A stretch of 32,000 nt of DNA from Edaphobacter aggregans. Lineage in GTDB: Bacteria; Acidobacteriota; Terriglobia; Terriglobales; Acidobacteriaceae. The translations under genes and the position numbers were made by a program. The notes beneath the pieces are model-generated. The model was not told where the DNA came from, did no database searches, and saw only the letters and a program-made list of their open reading frames with translations. This document shows, piece by piece, positions 8,001 through 16,082 of the stretch; positions within the stretch are counted from its first letter, which is position 1, and each line of letters opens with the position of its first letter. The stretch lies in NCBI RefSeq assembly GCF_003945235.1, contig NZ_RSDW01000001.1, positions 4,260,001 to 4,292,000 on the forward strand. Direction: 5' to 3'.

Positions 8001-8798
8001 ATTGATTTTTTCGAGGAGCAGTTTCTCTTCAGGCGATACTGAATCCGGTTTCATTTGTTTGCTCGATTGTGCGGAGGCCATTGCCGCTTGAAGCTCAAGC
8101 GTCTGTCGGACGACCGCTCCAAACGCATTATCGCGGTCATCATCGAAGGTTCCAGTATGCCCAATACCCTTCAATTCTTCTCCGACATCACGCCGTAGTT
8201 GTAGATTGAGGCTGTTCGCTGCCTTGCGTGCATATTCTCCTGAGGTCATCTTGAAGAGGTCTCGCGCGATATAGGGAGCAACTACCAGGATCAAGGCCAG
8301 GAGGGCGACAAAGAGAAGGTTAGGGAGCAGACGGAGCACATATGCGGCGACTGCCGTCCATACGTCGCTGCTCATCAGACCGCGCTGCGGTGTTAGATAG
8401 CTGCTGTAGCGGCGTAGATGGGTGACGGGAAGCTGATCTCGGTAACGATCTGCTGCATTACCCTGCTTATTCTCGTCGGCCAACGCTTTCGCCACATGGC
8501 CAATTCCATCCTTCCGAATCCATGAAGCAAGCCAAGAATTGATATAACTCCCACCCGATACGGAAGAGATATATCCAATCCGATGTAATAGACCGAAAGA
8601 CGCGAAAGCCTGGAGAACTCCGAGGTTAAAGGTGGCACTACGTATTCCTCCCCCTGAGAAAGCCACGCCAATCGCTCGGTCCGGCGGCGCTTGCGGGTCA
8701 CGCCGTTTACGAACGTTCTCGAACCAGGTTTGCTCTCCAGAGAGCAATATCGACTCGATGGATTTGAGATCCTGCTCCGTACCACCCCGTTCTTCCAT
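4995..8798 (-). CDS. patatin/cPLA2-like phospholipase with a very large membrane-embedded insertion
   Basis: 1267 aa. Motifs: FSGGGIRS (G49-G-G-x-R53), SVSGGS (Ser81 codon 8556-8558) and LSDGGHFENLG (Asp1072 codon 5583-5585). About 10 hydrophobic 20-30-aa segments and a ~320-aa charged helical region lie between them. GGAG lies 9 nt upstream of the ATG at 8798. Confidence 0.88.
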   Translation of the reverse strand: MEERGGTEQDLKSIESILLSGEQTWFENVRKRRDPQAPPDRAIGVAFSGGGIRSATFNLGVLQAFASFGLLHRIGYISSVSGGSYINSWLASWIRKDGIGHVAKALADENKQGNAADRYRDQLPVTHLRRYSSYLTPQRGLMSSDVWTAVAAYVLRLLPNLLFVALLALILVVAPYIARDLFKMTSGEYARKAANSLNLQLRRDVGEELKGIGHTGTFDDDRDNAFGAVVRQTLELQAAMASAQSSKQMKPDSVSPEEKLLLEKINHLEAFRTKPSLYVDQSVETALTALRNELELRQKSGSSQSPDVPRSVLEDKMRTFLDKSPYYPGEGWVVKASLADLKAKLTSAELAACKSISDIDCIPDLKVDQATTRAMNEVGNSISKGYEQILGSNGRPNPEAVATLESVKNDLCRWFPLSIASGQLHEGTAHVPPCGEVLSAEERQSKAVNEVVQSIVTDLPILDDAQALPRSALKMLKSLTDGLDKQASRLQSYSWRLPEDPHWISTAWRIRLFAGAGLFIMLFPSGLGYNPKDATASRRAAAKHAFTTFFAVLLFGPVVVGVGLARRLDYVSGYHPAIPWGFFLISFLCVVFFTYRVGAFPGLLKRLQSSDRWRPIVSLVCTGIIGMLCFWASSFLLARFFDLGDHFETGLLLSAASAPLLLLLAYVLMASAGMALLPFQSSAQEWLNRIWGDTAILTLGWLGVASLALLWPEFMARVGPHLYNLRGGYKLPGATALLGWILTTVGGVLSAYSGKTGGPAPSESNPTPWIVRVKPSGDQYQFMGFLARVAPYVFLLGLLILLSSLNHLLLATVEGYIPQQLKVWLRPEYIFLAVSVALLVVLGRMIDVNRLSLHNVYRFRLIECYLAASAGTGAPTITMASLTADAKQEEDQGEKVDPLQRAESNKFDGPFPIINCTLNVTKSGNLDLQKRRAMNFIFSPVYCGYIRYPSPDEQLDSNDPLAKSGLIKTDFCSSKGTPALSLTDSQESSNSITLGSAMAISGGAQSPNEGAHTSPAVAALMTAANVRLGWWLGNPRNRSTRCDEGPKTGLKPMLDELFAQATDKSEYIYLSDGGHFENLGLFELVRRKCKVIILCDADCDPHYRFEDLVNAMELCQINFGANITLPTDGLLSYGDSKFNRSSYAIGSIEYNDGSSGTILYLKPAVASASSVIVKSFDRDNAQFPHETTINQWFDESQFEAYRLLGRETATSCLKNYLDQPGTVQPIPIATPPRGWKGTAAEWIQNRKDVREIILNHSHGEAADARRA

Positions 8799-9177
8799 AG
8801 TTGATTACTCCGTATATTTCTGCATTCCTATTCGCCGCTGGCAGCTTCAGACATGCCTTATCGTCGTCACTGCCCTCCATGATCTTCTGGCACTTTCCAC
8901 TGCGAGGCGGGTACTCGCCGAAAGGACATAGGGCGTCCGGGGTAGCCCAGTAGGAAGCGCTCATGGAGCTACGCGGGCCCAAATGGGCTATCTTCCCACC
9001 AAGGTAAAGAATCACAGGAAACAACATGCCAATGATGACGACGGTGAAAACGAAGCCGAAAGTATGTTCCTTGGATCTGATCTGAGACTGGACGTGGGAC
9101 GATAGTTCGCCTCCTGGGATAAGAGCGCGGCCCACTTCTGCTGAGTTCCGGAAATGGGAACACCTCTCTTGTGTCAA
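8707..9177 (-). CDS. possible small single-pass membrane protein
   Basis: 156-aa ORF with a TTG start and no clear SD. One hydrophobic helix (FGFVFTVVIIGMLFPVILYLGG). The last 92 nt overlap the well-supported lipase start in another frame, so this call is uncertain. Confidence 0.3.
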   Translation of the reverse strand: MTQERCSHFRNSAEVGRALIPGGELSSHVQSQIRSKEHTFGFVFTVVIIGMLFPVILYLGGKIAHLGPRSSMSASYWATPDALCPFGEYPPRSGKCQKIMEGSDDDKACLKLPAANRNAEIYGVINYGRTGWYGAGSQIHRVDIALWRANLVRERS

Positions 9178-9226
9178 CGTAGCTCGGCGTTCACGGCAAC
9201 ACCGCTAGGCGTCACTCTTCGTTGGG

Positions 9227-10852
9227 CTATTTAGGCGCTAAGATGCTGTTTAGTGCCGACAGGTCATAACTGAAGCCAAACTGCCCTTTCCAGTCACTGT
9301 CGCTAAGCAGATCAGTTTTATTAGACCATTTAACAGCAACGGGGATAGAGGCGCCCTTACCAATGTTGAAGACCAACTTCGTCTGAGCGATACTCAACCA
9401 ACCGGGTGTACTAGTAAAGACCTGTGAGTTGGATGGAACCGAGATGTTAGTTCCGGGCACTACATTTGCTACGGTTATATTGAGGACATTGGCGGTGTAC
9501 TGATACTGTCCATAACCAGCAAGACTAAAAATCGCGCGTGGAGCACTCTTGTCTTTGCCGAAAGGGTGGTCATACTCTCCAGTGAACTGATAATCCTTAA
9601 CTTTGCCGTACTTCGCGCCTGGCGGAATTGTTGCGAACCATGAGCCGGCTACGTTGAACGTAAGCTGGTCGCCGCTCTTCTGCCACACATATGCGAAGAC
9701 GGCGGTCGCATCGTGTGTGGCTGGTTTGCCAGTAGGTGTGGAATAGGTATAGCTAAGCGTCGCGAAAGTGCCACGTGCTTGTTGAAGAATATTATCGCGA
9801 AGGGTTTTCAATTTAGCTAGGTCCGCACCAACCGCTACAATATTCTGCTCATAGTTCGGCCCCGCGTTCGACTTCAATGCTGCGACGTACACCGTCATGT
9901 ATGCAATGAAGTCGTCCACGAACTTGTCAAAATTATTTTCAGCCTCGTCCTGTTCTGCGGCATGCTGCCAGTCAGCACGTGCTGCAACGACTTTCGAATC
10001 ACCATTCACTTTGTCGGAATTTGGAAATGCCTTCTGGTAGTCCGTGTAAAGCTGGTTTGATGCGTTTGTAATTGCGGTTTGGGTATCCTTATCGCCGATT
10101 GCTTTGTTCCAAGCACTAACGAATTTCGTTGAGGTCGGGTTATACCGCCGGTTGATGGTTCTGCTCACACTGAGCGAACTGAACGACACATTATTTGATG
10201 GGATAAGAACACTGAGGATGTCAGTGGGTGTAGTAGAAGTCGCCTGGCCTGTGGTAGATGCAGCAGCCGAGCCGCTCTGGGCAACATTGAACGTGGCGGC
10301 AAGGGTGAAAGGCTGCAGTATTTTATCTGCGGTCTTGGGTCCTTGCGCTGTGGCAGCGAAATTATCACCCGAAAGATAACGGCGCAGACCATTCATGTTT
10401 GCCCTCGCCGTCAGAGTAGTACCGTTAACTGTTTGGGTGAAAGCGCCCGATTCAGCTGCTAGCGATATTAGGTCAGTCGTCGTGGGCTTTGCCCCCAGGC
10501 TGGTCGATCCACTTGCACTCGTGTTCGCTCCGGCTTGGGGAACCGCTGCCTTCGTGGAAATAACTTGTGCTACTTGGTTAGCTGCGGCTTGTAACACAGT
10601 TGCTCCGAAGGCCGCGTCGAAAAGAACACTTACAGTTGGTATTGGCTGGTTAAGAGGGTCCAAGAGGGTAGGTTCTGCGCCGCCCTTCGCAAATCTTTGG
10701 TCTTTAAACTCTTTCTGAAGTATTCCGCAAAATGAGCTGGCGATCTTTCCTTTCTGGTCGCAAGTGCTTTGTGGGGATTGAGCTGATGCCCCAGAACTTT
10801 GCAGAGATACTAATAACGCGAAAGCCAACTGCAGTCTGACGGGTAACTTCAT
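9227..10852 (-). CDS. secreted protein with beta-barrel-like C-terminal region, function unknown
   Basis: From the second Met the N-terminus is MKLPVRLQLAFALLVSLQSSGASA|QSP, a classic signal peptide with an AxA site, and GAGG lies 6 nt upstream of the ATG at 10852. The track start at 10897 is the alternative. The last ~190 aa show alternating hydrophobic strands (AIFSLAGYGQYQY, KLVFNIG, IPVAVKWSN, WKGQFGFSYDL). Confidence 0.7.
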   Translation of the reverse strand: MKLPVRLQLAFALLVSLQSSGASAQSPQSTCDQKGKIASSFCGILQKEFKDQRFAKGGAEPTLLDPLNQPIPTVSVLFDAAFGATVLQAAANQVAQVISTKAAVPQAGANTSASGSTSLGAKPTTTDLISLAAESGAFTQTVNGTTLTARANMNGLRRYLSGDNFAATAQGPKTADKILQPFTLAATFNVAQSGSAAASTTGQATSTTPTDILSVLIPSNNVSFSSLSVSRTINRRYNPTSTKFVSAWNKAIGDKDTQTAITNASNQLYTDYQKAFPNSDKVNGDSKVVAARADWQHAAEQDEAENNFDKFVDDFIAYMTVYVAALKSNAGPNYEQNIVAVGADLAKLKTLRDNILQQARGTFATLSYTYSTPTGKPATHDATAVFAYVWQKSGDQLTFNVAGSWFATIPPGAKYGKVKDYQFTGEYDHPFGKDKSAPRAIFSLAGYGQYQYTANVLNITVANVVPGTNISVPSNSQVFTSTPGWLSIAQTKLVFNIGKGASIPVAVKWSNKTDLLSDSDWKGQFGFSYDLSALNSILAPK

Positions 10853-10920
10853 AAACGACCTCACTGGAATGGGTTTAAGACCGTGGGCTGTGAGCATTTG
10901 AGCGCATGGGGTGGACGCTA

Positions 10921-11277
10921 CTAAGCGCCTAAGATGTTGGGGCTCCAGATAGCCAAACCGCCAAAAAATTCGATATCACCTTCGAGTTCAAGCGGCGGCT
11001 TACCTACCGCACTTGGCGGCTGCTGGGCAGTCGCAAATCCATCCGTAGAGTTAGGCGAAAACAGAGTAATCTGCAGAAGATTGTTGCCAGCCAGGATGGT
11101 CAGATCAAATGTTTTCCCATCAACTTTGATCGGGACTGGGATTGGTCCGTTAGCGTTCGTTCCGTATAGCACGCTGACGATGCTGATGACGGTTGTTGGA
11201 TCATCGGGGACGATTTCGATCGTCTCGACTTTCCCTGTTGTGCTTTGCAGGTCACCTGGGACTTGCTGGAGTGCCAT
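10921..11277 (-). CDS. 118-aa beta-rich hypothetical protein, first gene of the lipase cluster
   Basis: GGAGAAAG lies 6 nt upstream of the ATG at 11277. No signal peptide and no recognised motif. The plus-strand ORF 10934..11293 is its shadow. Confidence 0.55.
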   Translation of the reverse strand: MALQQVPGDLQSTTGKVETIEIVPDDPTTVISIVSVLYGTNANGPIPVPIKVDGKTFDLTILAGNNLLQITLFSPNSTDGFATAQQPPSAVGKPPLELEGDIEFFGGLAIWSPNILGA

Positions 11278-11904
11278 GGCTTTCTCCGATTGAAATTACT
11301 CTGCTTGAAAATAGGGTTGTAAGAATTTGAGACGCAATCCGGAAAAAGGGAGGAGTACTCGGTCTAATATGACGACCTAGTCCGCGTGGGCACATAAGGT
11401 GATCACAATGAGCTTCACGTTTCTCCGTAAATCCGAAGTCCCAAATCAATGGCGATGCATTTGCTGTCTGTCAAACAAGAGAACGAGGCAAACGAGGCAT
11501 TTCCTTTTGTAAAAAAAAAGAAAAAGTGTGGAACATTCCTAGTGTCTGCAAAAACTGTTCGATCACCTTCGGAGTGGGTAGCTACTGTGGTGGGGTCCAG
11601 CCGCCGTGAGTATTTATTGGTTTGCCATCCTCAACGAAAAATCGCTCGGCTACTAAGCCGACGTCCCAATAGTGCGAGCGGCAGTTCCTTCACTTGACAC
11701 CGTTGCAGTGCAAATTACGGTGCTCCTGGTTATCGACAATCCTTCATCTGCTAAGCGAAGGCCGCTTACTTGATACCGGAGAGGTGCGATGGGCCGGAGA
11801 AATCAACCGAGCTTGAGCGCTGGCAAACCTGCGTAAACCAAAAAAATTAGCCACAAATGAGGCCACTCGTCCTACAATGATTTCGTCAACCACTAAGCAA
11901 TCGA

Positions 11905-12552
11905 ATGACCACGAACCCGCTCGCTGCTGCAGAGATCGTCAAAGCATGCTTGGAGTCCGAGAATGAGACGCCGTGGACGACATTCGTTCAGTATTTCCAG
12001 CCTCTGATTGCGTCTAGTGTCTCCCGCGTTCTCCGACGCTACGGTCACGCGAACCCGTCTTTGGCCGATGACCTAATCCAAGAGACCTATCTTCGCCTTT
12101 GCAGAGATAATTGCCGAGTCCTCCGGGACTTTCAGGCGAAGCATGACGAAGCCATCTTTGGCTATATCAAGGTCATCGCCACATCAGTTGCGCTAGATCA
12201 CTTTCGCGCCCGCGCCACTCACAAGCGCCGGGGCGAAGTCGAAGACGACGGCACAAATCTCGAAGGCAGCACAGCTTCTTCCACCATTGAGCAAAGCTTG
12301 CTTCTCAAAGAACTCGATCGACGTCTGGCATCCACTGAGAATGAACGCGACCGTACGATTTTCTGGCTCTACTACCGTCAAGGTTATACCGCACGAGACA
12401 TTGCAGCGGTTCCCCAATTTAGGCTCACGCAAAAGGGTGTCGAAAGCTGTATCTACCGCCTCACACAATCTCTCCGCGATGCTGTCAGCAGTAAAGGTCC
12501 GGGTTTTACAAAAGGATTGCCGCCTCAAAATACGTTAGGAGTCATGAAATGA
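11905..12552 (+). CDS. ECF-type sigma-70 family RNA polymerase sigma factor
   Basis: 215 aa. Region 2-like DDLIQETYLRLCRD and region 4 HTH-like YRQGYTARDIAAV...LTQKGVESCIYRLTQSLR. Stop TGA 12550-12552 overlaps the next ATG (ATGA). Confidence 0.85.
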   Translation: MTTNPLAAAEIVKACLESENETPWTTFVQYFQPLIASSVSRVLRRYGHANPSLADDLIQETYLRLCRDNCRVLRDFQAKHDEAIFGYIKVIATSVALDHFRARATHKRRGEVEDDGTNLEGSTASSTIEQSLLLKELDRRLASTENERDRTIFWLYYRQGYTARDIAAVPQFRLTQKGVESCIYRLTQSLRDAVSSKGPGFTKGLPPQNTLGVMK

Positions 12553-15500
12553 GACCGCTGGAAGATCACCTCAGCCCGCAGGAGCTGGCTAGTCTTCCGG
12601 AATCACCGGAGGCTCTTGTATCTGTCGAGCAACAGGAGTCGACACGACATATCCAGCAGTGCGAAGCGTGCCACAACCTGGCGATGACTTACTGGAAGCT
12701 CCGGAGTCTCCACATAACGACTGGGGTTGTTGTCAGTAGCGACACCTGCCCTATTGAAAGCATTTGGCTCGAGTTAGCTGCGGGCTTTCGCTCTGAGCAA
12801 TCGCTGTCTCTACTGGCCCACGCAGCAAGTTGTAGCGTCTGTTCAACCCTTCTGCGAGAAGCAATGGACCTCATACAGTTTGACCAACTCGACGCATCGG
12901 GCGAAGCAGGGGAACTTATAGAAAATCTCTCCAGTGACAGGCCCGAATGGCAACATCGTATCGCCGAGCAGATGATGGTGGCCTCAGGCGCATCCCCTGC
13001 AGCAAAAGGCATCCGGGCGAAGCCCGCCACCGGCGTTCCAAGACTCAATTTTATTCATCGCCTACGCCATAGATCAGTGTGGATAACTCTGCCTGCAGCC
13101 GCTTTCGTACTCGGCGTTGTCGTCATGACTGGCGTCGCACTTTGGCGCACAATGCGCCCTTCAGAGGCCCGTTTGCTTGCGATCGCCTACAATAAGCAGC
13201 GGACAATGGTCTTGCGCATCCCGGGCGCCGATCCCGTTCCCCTTGCCTCGGGTACCCGTGGCTCCATGACGGGTCTCACCGACCCCACCGAGTTACTCGA
13301 ACTTCGGCTCCGCGCCCAAAAGCACCTCGATCAGACTCCCAACAGTTCCTATTGGCACCAGATCATGGGCGAGACTCAACTCCTCCAACAGGACGGCACT
13401 GCCGCCCGCCGCAGCTTCGAAATTGCCGAGACAACCAGTGAAAATCTTCCCGATCTCCGGCTGGACCTGGCGGCCGCCTGGTTTGAGATCGGAGATAAGA
13501 CTGGATCTGCCGAGGCCTACGCGGAAGCCGCGGAGCTTTATAGCAGGCTGCTTCGAGAAAAGCCCACAGACCCCGCACTCCTCTACTACAACCGCGCCCT
13601 TAGCTGGGAGCGTCAAAATCTAACTGAGAATGCCCTTGATGACCTTCGCGCGGCGCTACCCCTAGAGCGCTCGGCCGCCTGGCGCAAAGTGATCGAAGCG
13701 GAGATCGCCCGTCTTTCCGCGCAATCCTCCACAGTGACTACCGACGGTTACGAGATCTCACTCAACGTGGCCACGGAAAACCTTCTGCCTCATTGGAGCA
13801 ATTCCCCCGAAGCCCGAGCCAAGATCTCACAGACCGCCGCTCTCGGCCTCAGCCACCACGACCGTTGGCTATTCGACTGGATCGCCGCCAACCATTCCCC
13901 TATTAGTTTAGAAGCGGACTATCATCTCGCCGCGGCAGTTGCCTATGGTGAAGCCGGGGAAGCCGAATCATCTCTTACTGAAGCCCGCCGCGCAATTGAA
14001 CTTTACACAAGAGCCAACGAACATCCCGGGCTCCTCCGAGCCCAATTTGCCGAAATCTATGCCTTCCAACGGCTTGGGCGGGCGAAAGAATGCCTTCAAA
14101 GCATCGCAATCGTTAAGCCGAAAGCAGCTCTCAACAACTATGCATGGCTTCAATCGCAACTCTTCGTGGAACTAGGGGACTGTGAGGGACACATAGGCAA
14201 GTTTGAAGCAACTCAAGAGGATCTAGAACGCGCTCTTGCACTCAGTAAAGTCTTCGATCTACCTCTAATACGCTTGCGAGCTCTTAGCGCGGAGGCTTCG
14301 TTTCTTGACCTCCGCGGAATGACAACCTCTGCTTGGAGGCTTGATTCAATTGGACTACTACTATGCAGACAACTCGGATGTCCTCCCCTCCGGAGGTATG
14401 AGTTTATGTACAACATGGTTATGACTGCGGAGCGCCTTGAGTTGCCATTCGTCGCTGGGGATATCATGCGAACTGGAGCCCATCTCGCAGCGTTATTTCA
14501 AGACGCAACTGAGCATGCCTACGCATTGGAAACTCTGGGAACCGTTATTGGACAAGCTGGCGAGTACACGGAATCGACTCAAGCATTCACTCAGGCCCTC
14601 GCTATCGCTCGCGCTGGTAAACAAGGACCGATGTCCCCCCTTTATCAAGCCGACTGGCAAATAGATCGAGCTGAGATTCTCTCGCGCCAAGGAGCCCCCA
14701 AGGCAGCTTTGCGCCTACTCGAGCAAAATGGGCCAATTCTTCTCGCAAGTGATTATCAGCCCGCTCGCCTTCACTACCTGACCCAACTGGCGTCCGTAGA
14801 CCGGTCTCTTGGACACACAAACGAGGCGCTAACCAATAGTTGGATGGCTGTTCGCGAGGCCGAGCACTCTCTGGGCTCACTGCATACGACTACGGAACGT
14901 GAACAGTGGTCTCAGCAAAACAAAAAGGCATATGCCGAACTTGTCCGATGCTATCTCCAACTCGGAGAAGACACTGAAGCACTTCGAGCCTGGGAACGCT
15001 TTCGAAGCGCACCTTATATTTCAACGTCAACGGCAAACCTAATGAGAAGTTCGTCGAAGTCTACTTCGCCGAACACTATGGTGCTTGTTCTGGCTCGCAT
15101 TGATGACTCGTATATTGGCTGGATCGCCGTAGCTCATCCTCTCCGTGTTGTGCGAACAATATCACTCGGTGAGGGACCAAGATTACAGCAAATGGCAACG
15201 ATTTTCATTCGCCTTTGCTCTGATCCTAACTCCAATCTTAATGATGTCAAGGTCGTTGGTTCGCATCTGTATTCTTCTCTCCTCCAGCCATTAGGAATTC
15301 CACTAAACATCCCAAATCATCTTTGGATAGACGTAGATCCGAGTCTGGGAGCGATTCCCTTTTCTGCTCTCCTCCTTCCGAGTGGAGATTGGCTAGGTTC
15401 GTACTCCCAGATTAGCGTCCTACCAGCATGGTGGGTCCTTCATCCTGCAACCTCGTTTGAGGAACCCACTTTCACGTTTAACACGCACATGGTTGTTGCT

Positions 15501-16064
15501 AGCGGATTCGGTGCACATGAGTCTCTACAATCCCCGGTTGGCAGCTCAGAAGCGGCGGAGATCGCTCGGTTCTTCCCAGGAGCAACGCTGATAGACGGAC
15601 CCTCCGCCAACACTCAGGTGGTACTGCAGTCCATGAAGTCTGGCGACATCTTTCACTTTAGTGGTCATGCAACAAGTGAATCTGGTACACAACTTCTCTT
15701 GGGCTCATCAGATGGAGAGCGCCCTAACACTCTTACTGCCGGATCGATCGAATCGATCCACCTGCGCCACTGTAAGGTGGCAGTCCTTGCCGCATGCAAT
15801 ACGAACGCAGCAAATTCCGACCAAATTGAAAACTCCTCTGATCTCCGCAACGCGTTCCTTATCGCCGGAGCAAACTCAGTTGTCGCTAGTAACTGGGATG
15901 TTGACGACAAGAGCACCCATATTTTGATGATGGCCTTTTACAACCAGCTCGTTATCGGAGTTACCCCCGCTCAATCACTTCAAACCGCACAGCAGTCTTT
16001 GCGGAATGGATCAACCTGGCAACATCCCTATTACTGGGCCTCATTCGAGATCTTTACCAACTAA
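12549..16064 (+). CDS. anti-sigma (HxxxCxxC zinc motif) - TM - TPR - CHAT (caspase-like protease) fusion protein
   Basis: 1171 aa. AGGAG at 12537-12541 lies 7 nt upstream. HIQQCEAC (12648-12671) and HAASCSVC (12819-12842) both fit the ZAS HxxxCxxC pattern. TM helix VWITLPAAAFVLGVVVMTGVALW at ~13075-13146. Long helical repeat (TPR-like) region. C-terminal IFHFSGHA (His codon 15666-15668) and VAVLAACNT (Cys codon 15795-15797) match the CHAT His/Cys dyad context. Confidence 0.85.
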   Translation: MRPLEDHLSPQELASLPESPEALVSVEQQESTRHIQQCEACHNLAMTYWKLRSLHITTGVVVSSDTCPIESIWLELAAGFRSEQSLSLLAHAASCSVCSTLLREAMDLIQFDQLDASGEAGELIENLSSDRPEWQHRIAEQMMVASGASPAAKGIRAKPATGVPRLNFIHRLRHRSVWITLPAAAFVLGVVVMTGVALWRTMRPSEARLLAIAYNKQRTMVLRIPGADPVPLASGTRGSMTGLTDPTELLELRLRAQKHLDQTPNSSYWHQIMGETQLLQQDGTAARRSFEIAETTSENLPDLRLDLAAAWFEIGDKTGSAEAYAEAAELYSRLLREKPTDPALLYYNRALSWERQNLTENALDDLRAALPLERSAAWRKVIEAEIARLSAQSSTVTTDGYEISLNVATENLLPHWSNSPEARAKISQTAALGLSHHDRWLFDWIAANHSPISLEADYHLAAAVAYGEAGEAESSLTEARRAIELYTRANEHPGLLRAQFAEIYAFQRLGRAKECLQSIAIVKPKAALNNYAWLQSQLFVELGDCEGHIGKFEATQEDLERALALSKVFDLPLIRLRALSAEASFLDLRGMTTSAWRLDSIGLLLCRQLGCPPLRRYEFMYNMVMTAERLELPFVAGDIMRTGAHLAALFQDATEHAYALETLGTVIGQAGEYTESTQAFTQALAIARAGKQGPMSPLYQADWQIDRAEILSRQGAPKAALRLLEQNGPILLASDYQPARLHYLTQLASVDRSLGHTNEALTNSWMAVREAEHSLGSLHTTTEREQWSQQNKKAYAELVRCYLQLGEDTEALRAWERFRSAPYISTSTANLMRSSSKSTSPNTMVLVLARIDDSYIGWIAVAHPLRVVRTISLGEGPRLQQMATIFIRLCSDPNSNLNDVKVVGSHLYSSLLQPLGIPLNIPNHLWIDVDPSLGAIPFSALLLPSGDWLGSYSQISVLPAWWVLHPATSFEEPTFTFNTHMVVASGFGAHESLQSPVGSSEAAEIARFFPGATLIDGPSANTQVVLQSMKSGDIFHFSGHATSESGTQLLLGSSDGERPNTLTAGSIESIHLRHCKVAVLAACNTNAANSDQIENSSDLRNAFLIAGANSVVASNWDVDDKSTHILMMAFYNQLVIGVTPAQSLQTAQQSLRNGSTWQHPYYWASFEIFTN

Positions 16065-16082
16065 ATCCTATATTGGAGAACA

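Noticed and set aside
4995-11277. Patatin gene as a CBASS-type effector
   Set aside because: No cyclase/nucleotidyltransferase, SAVED, STING or other sensor-domain gene is visible in the cluster. The lipase carries a membrane insertion and not a nucleotide-sensing domain.
11531-11535. GGAAC as the -35 of an ECF promoter (and the reverse-strand GGAAC near 11680)
   Set aside because: No CGT-type -10 lies at the required 16-17-nt spacing in either case (about 20 nt for the reverse-strand candidate). It is not reported as a promoter.
11449-11697. 82-aa ORF (and 11252..11449 on the minus strand) in the divergent control region
   Set aside because: It includes a poly-Lys stretch from the A-tract and has an implausible composition. 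The minus-strand ORF overlaps the supported start of the 118-aa gene.
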